This document shows, in pieces, positions 36,623 through 50,400 of a stretch of 64,000 bases of DNA; positions within the stretch are counted from its first letter, which is position 1; each line of letters starts with the position of its first letter. The notes under the pieces are model-generated. The model saw nothing but the letters and a program-made list of their open reading frames with translations. It made no database searches and was not told where the DNA came from. The stretch is from Octopus sinensis (lineage: Eukaryota), in contig NW_021833893.1 in the NCBI RefSeq assembly GCF_006345805.1, positions 1 through 64,000 of the forward strand, read 5' to 3'. Made by a program: the position numbers and the translations under genes.

Positions 36623-37500
36623 TCCTTTCTACTATATGCACAAGGCCTGGAATTTGCGGAGAGGTGGATAGTCAATTACATCGACCCAGTACTTAACTGG
36701 TTCTTAATTTATCAACCCCAAAAGGATGAAAGCAAAGTCAACCTTGGTGGAATTTGAACTGAGAATGTAGCAGCAGACGATATACTGCTAAGCTTTTCAC
36801 CCAGCATGCTAACAATTCTGCCAGCTCTATAATAATAATGATTTCAAATTTTGGCACAAGGCCATCAAGTTTGGGGAAGAGAGGGGGGGAGAGTCAATTA
36901 CATTGACCCTAGTGTTCAGCTGGTACTCTTCTTATTGACTCTGAAAGGATGAAAGGCAAAGTCAACCTCAGCGGAATTTGAACTCAGAATGTGAGGGTGG
37001 ACAGAATGCCGCTAAGCATTTCGCCTGGCATGCTAACGATTCTGCGAGCTTGCTGCCTTAATAATAATAATATCCTTTCTACTATAAGCACAAGGCCTGA
37101 AATTGTGAAGGAGAGGACCAGTCGATTACATCGACCCCAGTGTTTCACTGGTACTTAATTTATCGACTCTGAAAGGATGAAAGGCAAAGTCAACCACGGC
37201 AGAATTTGAACTCTGAACATAGCGACATGCAAAATATTGCTAAGCATTTCTTCCAGCATGCCAATGAGTCTTTCAGCTCGCTTTAATAATAATAATAATA
37301 ATAATCTTTATAATATAATAATACTATAGGTACAAGACCTAAATTTTGGGGAAGCAGGCCAGTCGATTAGATCAACCCTAGTACACAACTGATTCTTAAT
37401 TTATCGATCCCAAAGTCAACCTTGGCGGAATTTGAACCCAGAACGTTGCAATGGGCGAAATACAGCTAATCATTTCGTGCAGTGCGCTAACGCGCCTTAC
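36623..37500 (-). mobile_element. Four head-to-tail SINE family A copies
   Basis: Units at about 36623-36830, 36838-37058, 37073-37283 and 37322-37497, separated by (AAT)n. Confidence 0.9.
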
Positions 37501-38704
37501 TAATATTAATACTGCTACTACTAATAAGAGAGGCAGGCAGGCAGATATGGTAATCTTTCTGTACTTGTTCGTTTTCAAATTATCCGTCAGTTATGATACA
37601 AAACAAAAGTAACTTAACATTAAACAAAATCGAGTTATGGGTAAGATATGAATATTTACGAAACTCTCAAGTTGTATGGCGCTATATCCATATATCTTCT
37701 AGTCGCCACTACTTTTCTTTTATTGTTAAATGCAAATGGTATTATGAATATTTTTCAGTGTTTGATTTCAGCCAACAAAAACATGCATATGTAAACAGAC
37801 AAATACACACACTGAAAGGCAGCTATGTATGTTCATTATTTACATATGAAGTGTTCAATAAACAGTGTATGTGTTTTTCTGACGTGTGTGTATATACATA
37901 CATACATACATACACACACACACATACCCTCACTAACACTGTTTCCTCATAACTTTCAGAAACATGGATATTTTTAATGAAATTTTCTACAAATATGCTT
38001 CAGATGGTGTAGATTCCAATTAGACCAGAATTTGTAGTGAAAAAGTTTTTCCGAGAGTACGGTAAAGAGTTTGGAAAATTCACTCGTTGACTGTTTTCTG
38101 ATGACTTTCTGAAAAATGGATATTTTTTTAATGAAATTTTTTATAAATACCTTTTAGATGATATATTACATCGGAATTTAGAAGGAGATAAAAATGGTAG
38201 GCTAGCACACATACATACTGACACACATCACAAAATGAAACTTGAAATTTTGAAAATATTGTGGTGTGTGTCAGTGTGCGAGCAGAATCAACCAACATGC
38301 ACTATAAACATCAGAGATGCATATGCTATACTTCTGTGTAAAGCAAGTATTTCTAACCCCCCAGACAAGTTTCAGATCGACTGAGGTCTTTGTAAATAAA
38401 ATTAGAATGACGGATACGGTACTTAAGGTTTTATATTGATTGCATCTGTTATGGACCTTAAATTTCGGACACAGATACTGATCAACAAAAGTGAAAGAGA
38501 TGACCTAAACCCTAACATAATTTTCCTTTGTTACCTCTATTTCATAGATCCAAAACATTTCAGCATTCACCATTTGTTCCAGTGTGATTAGATGTGACTA
38601 CTATTTCTTACAGGTCAAACAACTGGATGGCGATTTCCTTAGTTTTTGGTTTTTAGCCCTAGGCCAGACAAGATTGTGCATAAATATTATCAAAAGACGT
38701 TTCA

Positions 38705-39123
38705 GGGATCTTTTCAGTTTGAACGGCCGCTTTTTCTTGCGGTGCCATATGAAATTGTCACCCATAATTATGACCCTAGAATCGATCTATTGCATTTCAA
38801 TCTCTTTTAGGGTTAGTGTTAGTTAGGGTTAGGGGTGGGGGAAGGGTATCTTTTTTTCTTCACAAATGTAAATAAACCCAATCTGTTTCTTAAACGAAGG
38901 ACATATTCATACGGCACAGAATGCTTTTTAACTCACTAGACGTCACTGATTGATTGAAATTGCAGAAAAACAACAACAAATATCTTACAAACTATAGAAT
39001 TTTCTCAATAAAGCCAAGAGAAAAAGATGTTTTATAAACACATTCTACCAGTATACGAAGTTTAAAATTTTTTAGTTTCCTAGAAATTATGTTAAAAACT
39101 GCCGTTCAAACCGAAAAGATCCC
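38705..39123. mobile_element. MITE with 23-bp TIRs and internal TTAGGG-like tract, inserted in a family C repeat
   Basis: GGGATCTTTTCAGTTTGAACGGC / GCCGTTCAAACCGAAAAGATCCC (1 mismatch). Confidence 0.85.
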
Positions 39124-40379
39124 ATTTCGGCCATGACCATTCCGTCAGTTAAGGGGTATCGGGACTATATTTTTTGTTGAACTTTTTTCTTTCTCCTGTT
39201 TTTTGTCTATTAAGATGGGACATGAATTGAGGAAGATTAAGGCTGGTACAAAGACATTACACTCTGTTTAGTAATGAACAACACTGAGCTCACATTATCA
39301 TTTGATGATACATGCAATTTGTAAGGGGTCTGTCTGGTTTATGGTTTATTGTTAGGGTTTATGATTAGGGTGTAGGATGAGTGTTATGAGAGACGGTTAG
39401 ATGGATAAGGGTTGTGGTTGGGGCTTAAGGCTGTGATTAGGGCTAAGCTTCAGTGTTAGTTGTTAAAGGATGGAATGGACACAGTTAGAAATGTCACTAA
39501 ACCTACTAGGAGAATGTCTGAACACCTCTTCTATCACAACCTAGCATCATAAAAAAAAAAGAAAAAAGGAACATAGATAAAAGGAGAACTAAATATACAA
39601 AAATACAAGACGGTCACGGTTGGTTATCTTTAATTATCAGGTGTCCAGGGACAACATCGTGAAACACAATACAAAATCTCTTGTTTACATCACATTACAA
39701 ACCATGTCATGTTAACATTATGTTACAAACATACGAGAGAGTGTATACACGCAACAACTTATTAGCTTCCTCGTACATAATATATTACGTACATTCATTT
39801 TATGAACACACACGAGCACACGCACATAACACACACTTGCATTTAAACAGTTTGAGAGGGGGCAGAATACATAATAATAATAAATTATTCTGGAGGAAAA
39901 ATCATTTACGGAATCAATTTCTGTTATATGAAACAATTATATTGAAAATGAAGGAAAACAGTACCCAATTCTGTGTCCCACAAGTTAGGGATAGCTCTTA
40001 TGAAACTTCACCTACCTGTTTTCGTTTTTAATATACAAAGTTGTGACAGCATGTGTGTGTGTGCTTGCAAGAGTATGCATATACATGTATACACACACAT
40101 ATACATGCATTATTGCATAATTTGAATTTTATTCAGCCTACTATCCCTTTGTAACTAGTGAGTTGTTTCACCTCGTGGCATTGACAAGGCGCAAACAACA
40201 AGGAAATGCAAATCTGTCATTCTCCCCGTCACTTCCAGCACAATTTCGTTTTGTCTACTATATTGTGTTTACTGAGACAATATGCCTCTGTGGGAGTTTT
40301 TCCCGAAAAGATCAATGGAGACTCTGACTTTTAAACGATACATGTTAGTTAAGTAGACAGACAGATAGATCTATCTTTA

Positions 40380-40762
40380 ATCTACTTGTTTCAGTCTCTG
40401 GACTGCAAAGCAACGCCGGGGTACCGCTTTGAAAGGTTTTGATCGAACAAATTGATCCTTGTACTTATTTTTTCAAAAGTCTGGCACTTATACTATCGAT
40501 CTCATTTCCGAGCCACCAAGTTACGGGCACAAAGAAACCGATACAAATTGTCAGTGGTGGTTGGGGACAAATTCACCACAAAGATTCACACACATGCATA
40601 CGTACGTCTGTGTGTGACGGACTTTCAGTTTCCATCAACCAAATCCACTCACAAATGCTTTGGTCTCCATGGGGTCATAGTAGATGTTCGTCCAAAGTGC
40701 CATGCAGTGGGACTAGGCCCAGAACCATGTGGATGGGACGCAAACTTCTTGCCACCAGCCAT
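40380..40762 (-). mobile_element. SINE family B, full-length and diverged
   Basis: tRNA-like head on minus strand (GGTGGCAAGAAGTTTGC...GGTTCTGGGCCTAGTCCCACTGC), body and 3' tail present. Confidence 0.75.
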
Positions 40763-43700
40763 GTGAATTTTAGAGAATTCTTGATTTTTAAGATTATCTA
40801 CCACGTTTAGAAAAAGTATCAATTGCCACCAAACGATTGTTCTATCTTCTCTTCATGGGAAACATGTTTCAATAAATTGAGAATCTAATTTGTGTATTAT
40901 TTAATATATCCCTATTCGTCTTTGTTGTTCAGATACATGCCAATAGTCAATCTAAGTCATTTTAGTTCATTTTATTTTCATTTCTACCAATTCCCTAGGC
41001 CATAAGTGTTTTACTCCTTTTTCTCAATGTCTAAATGATTCGTATATAGGATAATTACTGTGCTGATGACGCACATTGAGATAGAAACAAGTGCTATCCT
41101 CTTCTCTTCACACAATTAGGCTGCTTTTCCCAAAAACTTGGGAGAATTCTTGAGTTCCGAAATTATTTCGTTTATTTTGTAGTTGGCATCAGTTACCAAT
41201 AAGTAATTGGCCTCCTCTTTATTCAAGAATTTGCATTTCATGTTATTTATTTTAACCCCAATTGCCTTTGTTGTTCAAACACGACATTGACCACGGGGTA
41301 TTATTTCTGTTAGCCCATTTTCTTTTTACGCATGATATGCTCTTTCACTCTCTTTCTTTACATACATACATACATAACTAGACTCGTTCCTCTCTCAACC
41401 ATTTCGTTTCCTTTCTGAAAAATTCCTATTTCAATGAACTATCACAGAAATATGTTTTCGATGGTGACGTTTACAATTATTAAGATAACATTAATTTACA
41501 CACACACATTACTTTCTGAAACATTTATATATTTGCAATACATTATAACATATTAATACGTGCGTCTTTGAATGTACGTACTTTCACTCGGAAAACTTTT
41601 CTGGGACATGCAGTTAAATACATTTACGTTTGAGTTCTTTCTTTTTCCATTTCTGTCTGTCCACTTTTGCGAGAATGACTATCCGAAATCGTCCCTTTTC
41701 CGACCATTTCCAGAAGCACGTGCCTCTACTATGAATGAGTGGGTGAATCTGGCATTTTGCAGCGAATATAACAGTCCATCGACTGTGATGATTCACTGTA
41801 ATAAACCGCACATCATCACCAGTTGTTTACCTCCCACTGATACAGTGATGATAGCCGGTATTCTAAAGTTAGAGCAAGACTAACTTAGCTTGCACTTGAT
41901 GTTCAAGCTGCAAAACGATAAGTTCTATCTCTGATAAGTCTTTATTCAAAATTCGACAATATAATGTTATGAAAATATTTATCAATAAATTTAGTCTGAA
42001 AAAAATATACTATTAGATTCTTTAGATTTTGAACCCAAATGTTGAAGTTTGTCACCACCCGTCTACGATATCCAACATGTTAAAACACATTTCGAGATGA
42101 ACCTCGGATAAGCTATCTTTTGGGAGGAGCCAACTGGTGAATCCTCTTAGCCACTAAAAAGTTAAGACTGATTAATAGACTGAAAACAGATAAACAGAAA
42201 TATAGATACAGATAGAATACCAAGATACTTACCTAGAATTGTTGCGATTTGAATCCTCGAGTAAGACAGCTAAATAAATCCAAGGTAATAACAGATAAAT
42301 AGTAAAGGTTCCGTTAATTGACCTGAAGTAAAAATATTTCCTTCCGCGACAGCAGCAACACGAAAGAAGCATTTAAATAACACGATCGATCCCTGTCTGA
42401 AGTTAAGCAAGACAGTTGGCTCTCTTAACGGAGCCAAAATCTTGGTGTTTACGTTGTCAAAACTTACGTAGAAGTACTTGAAATATATGTGCGTGTAATG
42501 GGATCATGTGTGAATGTATGTATACGTGTGTGAGTGAATGTATGTGTATAAAGTGTTGTAAAGTCAGAGTGAGATGCCATAATGACTGAGATAGTAGGAT
42601 GTGGACTTCTACTTTCGACTGAGTGTTCATGGGTTCGTTTCTCCTCATTAATGCTCTATTATATGCCCTGGGCGAAGCCCCAGAACCTAGATGGTGTTTG
42701 CCCCTTACATATTTCAAACTAGAAGCAGAACAAGTTAGAACACACACTTTCCTTCCTTCTCTCTCTCCCCACTCTCTCACTTCCTCTGTCTTCCACTCTC
42801 ACTTTCTCTCTTTCTGACGTTTTCGCTCTTATTAGTTTCTGAATGTGTTGAGAGACTGACTCTTAAAAGCTAAAATGACTGGTTATTTGTTTTATTCGTA
42901 TCACAACTCCACAAAGAAGAAATAATAAATTTATTACTGTATCTATTTTAAATATTTTTCGTTTGTATGTCCACATTTCCATGCCAGTATGCGTATTTTC
43001 ATTAAGAAACAACGTATGTATGCATGTTACTATATATAATTGTAGGAATGTAAAAAGTTGTGTGAGTGACTTGTGTATTGTATAAAATACTTCCAGCTTA
43101 GAAGAATATGAATGGAGTCGAATATGTAACTTGATAAGCCTGGCTGTTATGTGTGTATGCGTCAGTAAGAATACATGTGTACACGTGAGTAAAAAAAAAA
43201 GCAAAGTATCTGTATGCGTTTGTGCGTGAATGTGAGTATGTGTACACGTGTGCAAAGGAGGACAATAACTGAACGTAGGTAGCGTGCTACGATCGCTTTT
43301 CAAAGATTTCATCCAATACACACATATTTAAGAAATGTACGTGTATGTATACATGTACATCTATGTATGCATGTGCGCGCGCGCGAGTATATGTTTTTAA
43401 CCAATAGCTCATTTCACTTCAAAGATACTGGTAATTATTTCAGTTGAGTAGTAAATTGTGTTGATATAGTAGCGTGACAATACTAAATAGTTATTAATAT
43501 TCTTGTAAAATTATTTATATTTTATTGATAATGTCACCGATGTTTGTTATTGTAAATAGTGCTAAAATGAGGGAGACAGGTTTAAGACAGTAGAAGGAAG
43601 AATCAATAGTTTACGCCAGCCAAAACTTTTTCGTTTTTTTTATATTTTCCTTCATGTTCTGAGTTCAAATCCTGTATAGCTTGATAAAATTACACTTTTT

Positions 43701-45221
43701 TTCGTTGTTAATTGCAGTTTCTTATAACTCGTAAGAAATTTCAAAGCACCACCATCATCGCTGTTGCTTGCTCAGTAAAGAGAGATACAGAGTTAAATAG
43801 ACTCGGTGAAAGCTATAAAAACGGCGATAAGAAATGATATATTTGTCTTGTTTACTTTTTTTTCTTTTCCTTTACATATAATTTATCCACAAATTAAATT
43901 TACGATTTAGTGTCGTTGTTATTTTTGCTTAACCCCAAGTTAACCCTGTGAGCAGATATTGAACAAAAGCATTCTAGCTGTGACCATTTAATCTTTTTAT
44001 TACGTACAGAGAATCCCAGACCACCTTATCCGTCGCATCATTTTTTAAGACGGTAGCTCGTGATTTGAGGACGATTTGGCTACTATTTCAAGCAGGTTAG
44101 AACGACCTCTGCTGCTGTTATTGTTGCAGGCATTAGCGACAAAGCTAGCGAAGTACAGTTTCTTGTCTCCGAATTAGGAGGGCAATTTTAATAACTTTGT
44201 GTTATCAATCTATATAAAATATATATGCTTATGCAGAGATGTCCGTGAGGCTACTTGTACTGCAGTCGGTCACCAGCATCCTGTGCACTAAATAACATGA
44301 CCAGCCAGCTGTGTCTTATCAACCGGTCAAGATGGTAGCGAACAGAAACACAAAGGACCTGCCATGTAGATAGATAGATAGATAGATAATGGTGGTAGTA
44401 GCAGCAGCAGCAGCCACGCTGATGATACAAGCGTACAGTGGTCGTGATGATTATGATGATGGAAGTGATGCTTAGGAGGATTGATGGCGGCAGATTTGGA
44501 TGTGGGTGGCGGGATAGTAGGAAACCGGAGAAACTTTACCCATCCTTTCCTTCTCCAACCGAATAAACACTATCAGTGATTTCCCTTCCATTTAAACCTT
44601 TCTCCACCTGCTTTTTTTTATTTTCACCTACTCAGAACTCTCTTTTCTCGCTCTCTCTTTTCCCGTCCTCCTTTCTCTCACCCTCACTCTCTCTTTCTTA
44701 CGCACAGAAGTCATTTGTTCACACTTCTCCTCACTCCTTTTTTCTTTGTTTACGAAGATTTTTTTTCTCCTTTGTCAGTTTAACCATTCCAACATATGAC
44801 GCGCTCTCTCTCTCCGTTACTCGACAGTTTATTCATTTGCTTTATCTTGCTAGCTGTCTATCCCTCCGTCACACTCTTTCTAACCATCCATCCATCCAAC
44901 ACATTGCTTTCTTTATTCTTCCGTCACACTCTTTCTTGCAATCCATCTATCCATCTACATTAATTACATTCTCTATCTATCTAACCGTCTCACATGAATA
45001 CTTTACTAACTTTGATTTTTCTAGTTTTTCTTGCCCTTCCCGTCTCTTTTGCCACACCTTATTTTCGTTTCACTGAAATTTTATCTTACAGGACCAGTAG
45101 ACAAGACTCCTAAGAAGATTTTGTTTTGCAGAATTTCTTGAACATTTAAGTACGGAAATGCAGTTTTAACGGTGCTGATGCTGATGCTGGTGGTGGTGGG
45201 TTTGACATATGTGTGAGTGCA

Positions 45222-45271
<50 letters not shown>

Positions 45272-45559
45272 AAAGAATGTATCTTTATAAGTAAACATTA
45301 TAATGAGCCTACATTGTCGCCCGGCCTGCTAGAAATAACAGTCAAATCGCTACAGTTTTAAAAGAAGACATTGGTTAAGTTGGTCTTAAGCGTACATAAG
45401 ACAGGCTGATTGCAACTGAGACGCTTTAATTGAAACACCCTCCTCATAGCATAAATTTTAAAAAAAAGCATAAACTTTAAGAAAAAACATTCCAATTGTT
45501 TCGTCTGAAGGACGAGAGTGTGACCTTGAACTTTTCAGATTTCCTGAAATATGGGAGTT

Positions 45560-46745
45560 AAAAAGCTGCTAATTAATGGTCAAGATGGGGATTCCCGATG
45601 GAAGATGATCCGAGAAAGAAGGAATGAGCAAAGTGATCAGTGTGGACCTGCGTGGGTGGACACTTGGAGTGATAAGATGAAAACATGAGTCAGGAATCCT
45701 TAAGTAGAGTTGACACCACTAGCGAGGTCCCAGCAGCTGAGGCCATTGTAGTAGTGGTAGAAAATGCGGAGTAAAGCGACAGCAGAAGTTGGCGTGTGTC
45801 GGGGAGCAAACTTCTTAGTAAGTGGGTGATGTGTCTAGTACTTCTGTGCGTGTAGTAGCAGCACATCCCAAATATAGAAGCAATACTGAGTTGTGGGTTT
45901 TCCTTGAACATTGGTCAGTGTAGCTAATCGTTGGAACTTGAAAGATTTTCTTGCTCTATAGAAAGAAGACAGTGTAAGGATTTGAACCTCAACCGCAAGA
46001 TATTCAGTTAAAGACTACGATTGAGTCACCAGTTTCGCGTGATTGATCTGTAAATCAACAAATCAGCATAGGGCTATGCCGTGATATGACTCCTCGGGTG
46101 ATCAAAAATTCTCTCTCCTTTTCACCCTTTAAAAACCGTTTGGCGGCTAATTCAGCCAGAACGGCCTCGAGTATTCACATAGATCACATTGGGCACTCAC
46201 GGAAGGCAGAGCTTCAAGACTAGACCACTTCGGGCACTCGAACAGACCATCTCGTGCAAGAAACGACTTCAGACATTTACGCACAATGTGACCCAGCTGG
46301 CTTACACACTACACATCCAACATGGCGACTCCACCAGAATGGTGACCTGGCAGCCTCACGACAACACCTTTTGTGGTGCAGTTTTTACTAAACTGAGAAT
46401 GTGAGATCGCCTAGAGAGACCATCAATGATTTAACATTAACAGTGACTTTGTGTACTAGTTCGAATTTTGAAGGAAACTGCGATATAGTTTTCTGAAGTG
46501 TTGAAAGAAACAAGATTGCCATAAAATCATTGGAAGATGATATCGAATTGTCTCTATTCATGTAGTTAGATTTGGTGGTTAAGTTGAGATTAAATGTGGA
46601 TAATACACAGTGCGGAAGGTTAGCAGGAGGGAAGGGCTGTATCATCTGCATACATGTGGGTGATATCGGAGTGAAGATAAATAGGCCCTTGTTGTATTGT
46701 GGAAAGAAGGTAAGAAGATAAAGCCGAATGATGGAGAAAACCAAA
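45560..46745 (-). mobile_element. Highly decayed L2/CR1-like LINE
   Basis: HMYADDT on minus strand near 46590; 3' region 45560-45920 resembles 30720-30950; interior poorly resolved. Confidence 0.5.
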
Positions 46746-47237
46746 TACGTAAAAAATTCAAGATAACATTCTTTTCGGATTGATAAATCAATGTAGATGT
46801 GACAAGCTAAACCAAGGACGCTGATATAGAAACATTTGTGTGCAAATGTACGTATGTAATGTGTGTGTGTGGGGAGGGGGGTTAATTAAAGTTAAACTTT
46901 ACAGAAAATGATTAACGGAAAAGGAAACATGGGACACCTCTCGTCAAACGCATAGGGGCCAGAATCAGCACAATTTCGACTTAATGCCATAAAACTACAC
47001 CTCTGGATGCGACAGAGATAACAAAACATCGAGAAAGTGGGGGATATTACAGAGGAAAGAGCTTGGAACACAGAGGACAACTACAAACGAGTGAGACAGA
47101 AAATCAAAAACAAAGACACAGGCAATACAGCTCAACAGAAAAAGAAGTGTATTTTCTTTCAATTCGACACACATATAGATATATAAAAAAATGACAGCTC
47201 ACTCAAGTTTCATCCTAGGCTGTTCACGACTGTGAAT

Positions 47238-47491
47238 GTAGAAGGAATCTAGCGGTGGTAAGAAGCTTGCTTCCCAACCACATAGTTCCGGGTGGAATCT
47301 TGGACAACTACCTTTTACTACAGTCTCGTGCCGACCAAGACGGAAATTCGAAGAAACCCGCTGTCGCTTGACAACCGATGCTGGTATGTTTATATCCCTG
47401 TAACTTAGCGGTTCAGCAAAGAGGCCAATAGAATAAGTACTAGGCTTACAAAGAATAGGTCTTGGGGCCGATTTCTTCGACTAAAGCCCTT

Positions 47492-47555
<64 letters not shown>

Positions 47556-47598
47556 GTAGGTAGGTAGGTAGGTAGGTAGGTAGATAGATAGATAGATA
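47238..47598 (+). mobile_element. SINE family B (internally deleted) followed by (GATA)n/(GGTA)n microsatellite
   Basis: GTGGTAAGAAGCTTGCTTCCCAACCACAT head; GAATAAGTACTAGGCTTACAAAG body. Confidence 0.8.
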
Positions 47599-47599
47599 T

Positions 47600-48055
47600 T
47601 GAACAAACTTACTTAGAAATGGATGCGTGCGTTCTGTCATATAATAACAAATTAATAAATAAAACATATGCATATATACATACATATATGTACATACCTA
47701 CATCTACATGTATATATACATGCATATATGTGTACAGGACACCAAAAAAAAAAAACGTCGAACACAATGAGAAACGAAAACATAATCACAAAACCAAGGA
47801 AATGGACATTTTTCTTAAACAACGAAAAAATAGAGTACAGGACGTACAATACAAAGAAAATTCCCTTCTTCAGTCGCCTCTGTTTCATCTACTCCGCGTT
47901 TCGAAGGTCAAGGCGAGACACGACTTAGTTGAAACATTCCTTCCGGCAAAAAGCAAATTAAATAAAATTTGAGATTTTTTTGCGGAGGGGTAAAAATGGT
48001 AACAAAAACAGGACAGTAAAGACAGTACAAATTATAAACAGTAAAAGACAAATAA
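47600..48055 (-). repeat. Family E repeat
   Basis: Homologous to 5430-5868 plus 5000-5040. Confidence 0.7.
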
Positions 48056-48074
48056 TTCCTTTCTGTATCGTAAA

Positions 48075-48375
48075 TTCAACTTGTTAACTTTCCCAGTTTC
48101 TCCACTGTAGAGTCTATCATTTTATAAAGAGCTCGACATACCTTGTTTTCAAACTCTTTATATTTTCCTTTCTCATTAGCGACAGGCCACAGAACCCTCG
48201 GTTTCCTCTGAGTACTATCTGATGCACCATTTTCATAACCTGTCGGGAAGAGGTCTTTGTTGTAATATTTATCGATCTGCTGTGGTTTGAGTCCGGGGAT
48301 GATTTGCCACGTATTTTACGATCAGATGATCCACACTGCTCTGTCCTCTTCTTACAAGTCCTTTTTCCTCTGTGT
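48075..48375 (-). pseudogene. Probable Hero-like (RLE-type) non-LTR retrotransposon N-terminal remnant
   Basis: HRGKRTC...SDRKIRGKSSPDSNHS, then frameshift to QRKPRVLWPVANEKGKYKEFENKVC; resembles from recall the E.NHS and R(I/V)KWP.A motifs of this group. Confidence 0.5.
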
Positions 48376-49889
48376 GTGTGTGTGTCTGTGTGTGATCGTA
48401 GTATATACATCACATACAATTTCACCGCAAAATAATTCGTAAGCCAATACGACATCGGTACTTTTCTTTCAATCCGTAGAGTTCAACACAGTGTTAAATA
48501 TTTTAAATAATAATTTTATTAATAATAAAAACAATCTTTCAAAGACGTAAAATTTTATATGAAATTCGTCAATGTTTCTTTTTATTACTTCAATTATACT
48601 TTTCAAACGTCATGTTTCCATAATATATGGGTTCGAGTTCCATGAGCAGCCTTCAACTTTTTCTATCCCAAAGATTTATCGCGCTGAAATGCGTTTATCG
48701 TCACCAATGTCGCTGTAAGGCGTAGTTGGCTGGGGTGGTGCATTAGTGAAAATGATGTTAATAGCCTGGGTGGTAGTGGTGTTGATTAGTGGCTGTTATT
48801 TACTCTCATGTAGGCCCTGCAGAAAAGATTTATGGTGAAAGGTATTCTAACCATGACTTCCTCGTCTTTTTCGTTATATCTATTCTAGACTGCATTATCT
48901 TCTTCTTTGACGTCAGTGTTTGGTTTAGAATTGGTTTTGATAGTATTTTTAGCAGATAAAGTAATAGCATGATGTTCGAAAACAAGTGACAGTTTATACT
49001 CTCCAATATAGAGACATGTTGCTTAGGGAGTAGATGAGAGTTATCAGTTAGATCGGTGCTGAGGTCATCAGCCTCAGGTCAGATGCCATACAAATTTAGA
49101 AATGTAAAATACCAAAACTTTTACTTGGGATCAGCCGTCACCGCATACGTGTGATCACTTTTCAGTATCCCACTTCATCTCCTTAGAAGTTGCTTTTTAG
49201 ACCAACTTTGGTCACGTACACTTATAATCAAAGGCGTTCCCGCTATGAATACCCTGCCTTTCTTCCGGACGTAGTTTGTTTCCGACTACATTATTGAGTA
49301 CGTATTATTGCGTATGTATTCCCTCGTAAAGGCTCTCCTGTCGTTGTTGTTGTTGTCTTTACCCTACTTGAGCTTTGAATGAGAAAAGGTATGATCAAAG
49401 GCATTCCAATAATGACCTTTACATCTTTTGATATAGCTAAGACTATAATATCTTCTATTATATCATTGACATTTCGGATATAGAAATATTAAATTTGTAC
49501 CAATACATGACTAATGTTTTATTCTATCGATTCGAGAAGAAAAAATAGCAAACGTGACTACTGCAGGATTTGAAGTCAGAATAGAAAAAAAGAGCTCTAA
49601 GTACCGTAGGTATTTAATTGCGGTTCACTAATGAGTCTACTAAACCACCGTCTTCATTAAGTTCTGTTTTCATGATGACAAGATATGATTTGAATGATAT
49701 TTGATAGCTATTTCTAACAGTCGAACGATAACGAAAGGGCTCTCTTGTAAGTTTGAGTGGATGGTATATATAATTTATCACCTGTTTAGCATACTGCCAT
49801 AGCCAACGGCGTGGATAGCCAAGTCTATTCCACTGTAATATACACAGAAATATTACATTATAATCATGATTATAATCATGCCAAAGCAT

Positions 49890-50400
49890 TATAAAACCAA
49901 CTTCATTTTATCAAGTCAAACTATTATATTTATAATATCAGTTAGTCATAATTAAATTCGCATGCAAATGATTTGACAACCAAGATCCATAAATTTGCTG
50001 GCAGGCAGCAAAATCTTCAAAGTATTATAGTTACATTAAAGAAGAGTACTTGAAGATGCAGCTCGATAAGTTTATTTAATAATTCCGTTGGTGGAATTGG
50101 AGTTGGAGAAATATTTGATTTTAAAAGGAATATTTAATTTTTCATATCAGTCGGAACATCAATATTATACGTTTCAAGCAATTAATTATCTTTAAGCTCA
50201 ATCTGATCATTTCTAATGGATCCAAATATATTTCAGAAATATGATGCAACATTGGAACGTCCTGAAACATTTTAATAACCGAGACGAATATGACGTAAAA
50301 TATTTCTTCCTTAAACCTATCCTTAGTGGTAGAATAAATATATTCATTACTTTCTCATGTTTGTCTTGTTGAAAAATTGATTTCAAAATATTTCAAATTA
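49890..50400 (-). pseudogene. Possible very decayed hAT C-terminal remnant
   Basis: KDRFKEEIFYVIF and FNVTIIL.RFCCLP-like segments only. Confidence 0.25.

Noticed and set aside
36623-37500. tRNA gene cluster
   Set aside because: A/B-box-like heads continue into SINE bodies with (ATT)n tails; no cloverleaf
41063-41100. CTGATGA...GAAAC AA GTG with GGATA/TATCC flanks
   Set aside because: Stem II unpaired and triplet GUG is not NUH; at best a dead remnant
47855-47910. CTGAAGA and GAAAC motifs in family E (also 5620-5670) suggesting a type II hammerhead
   Set aside because: Stem I cannot form and stem II pairing is out of register with the core
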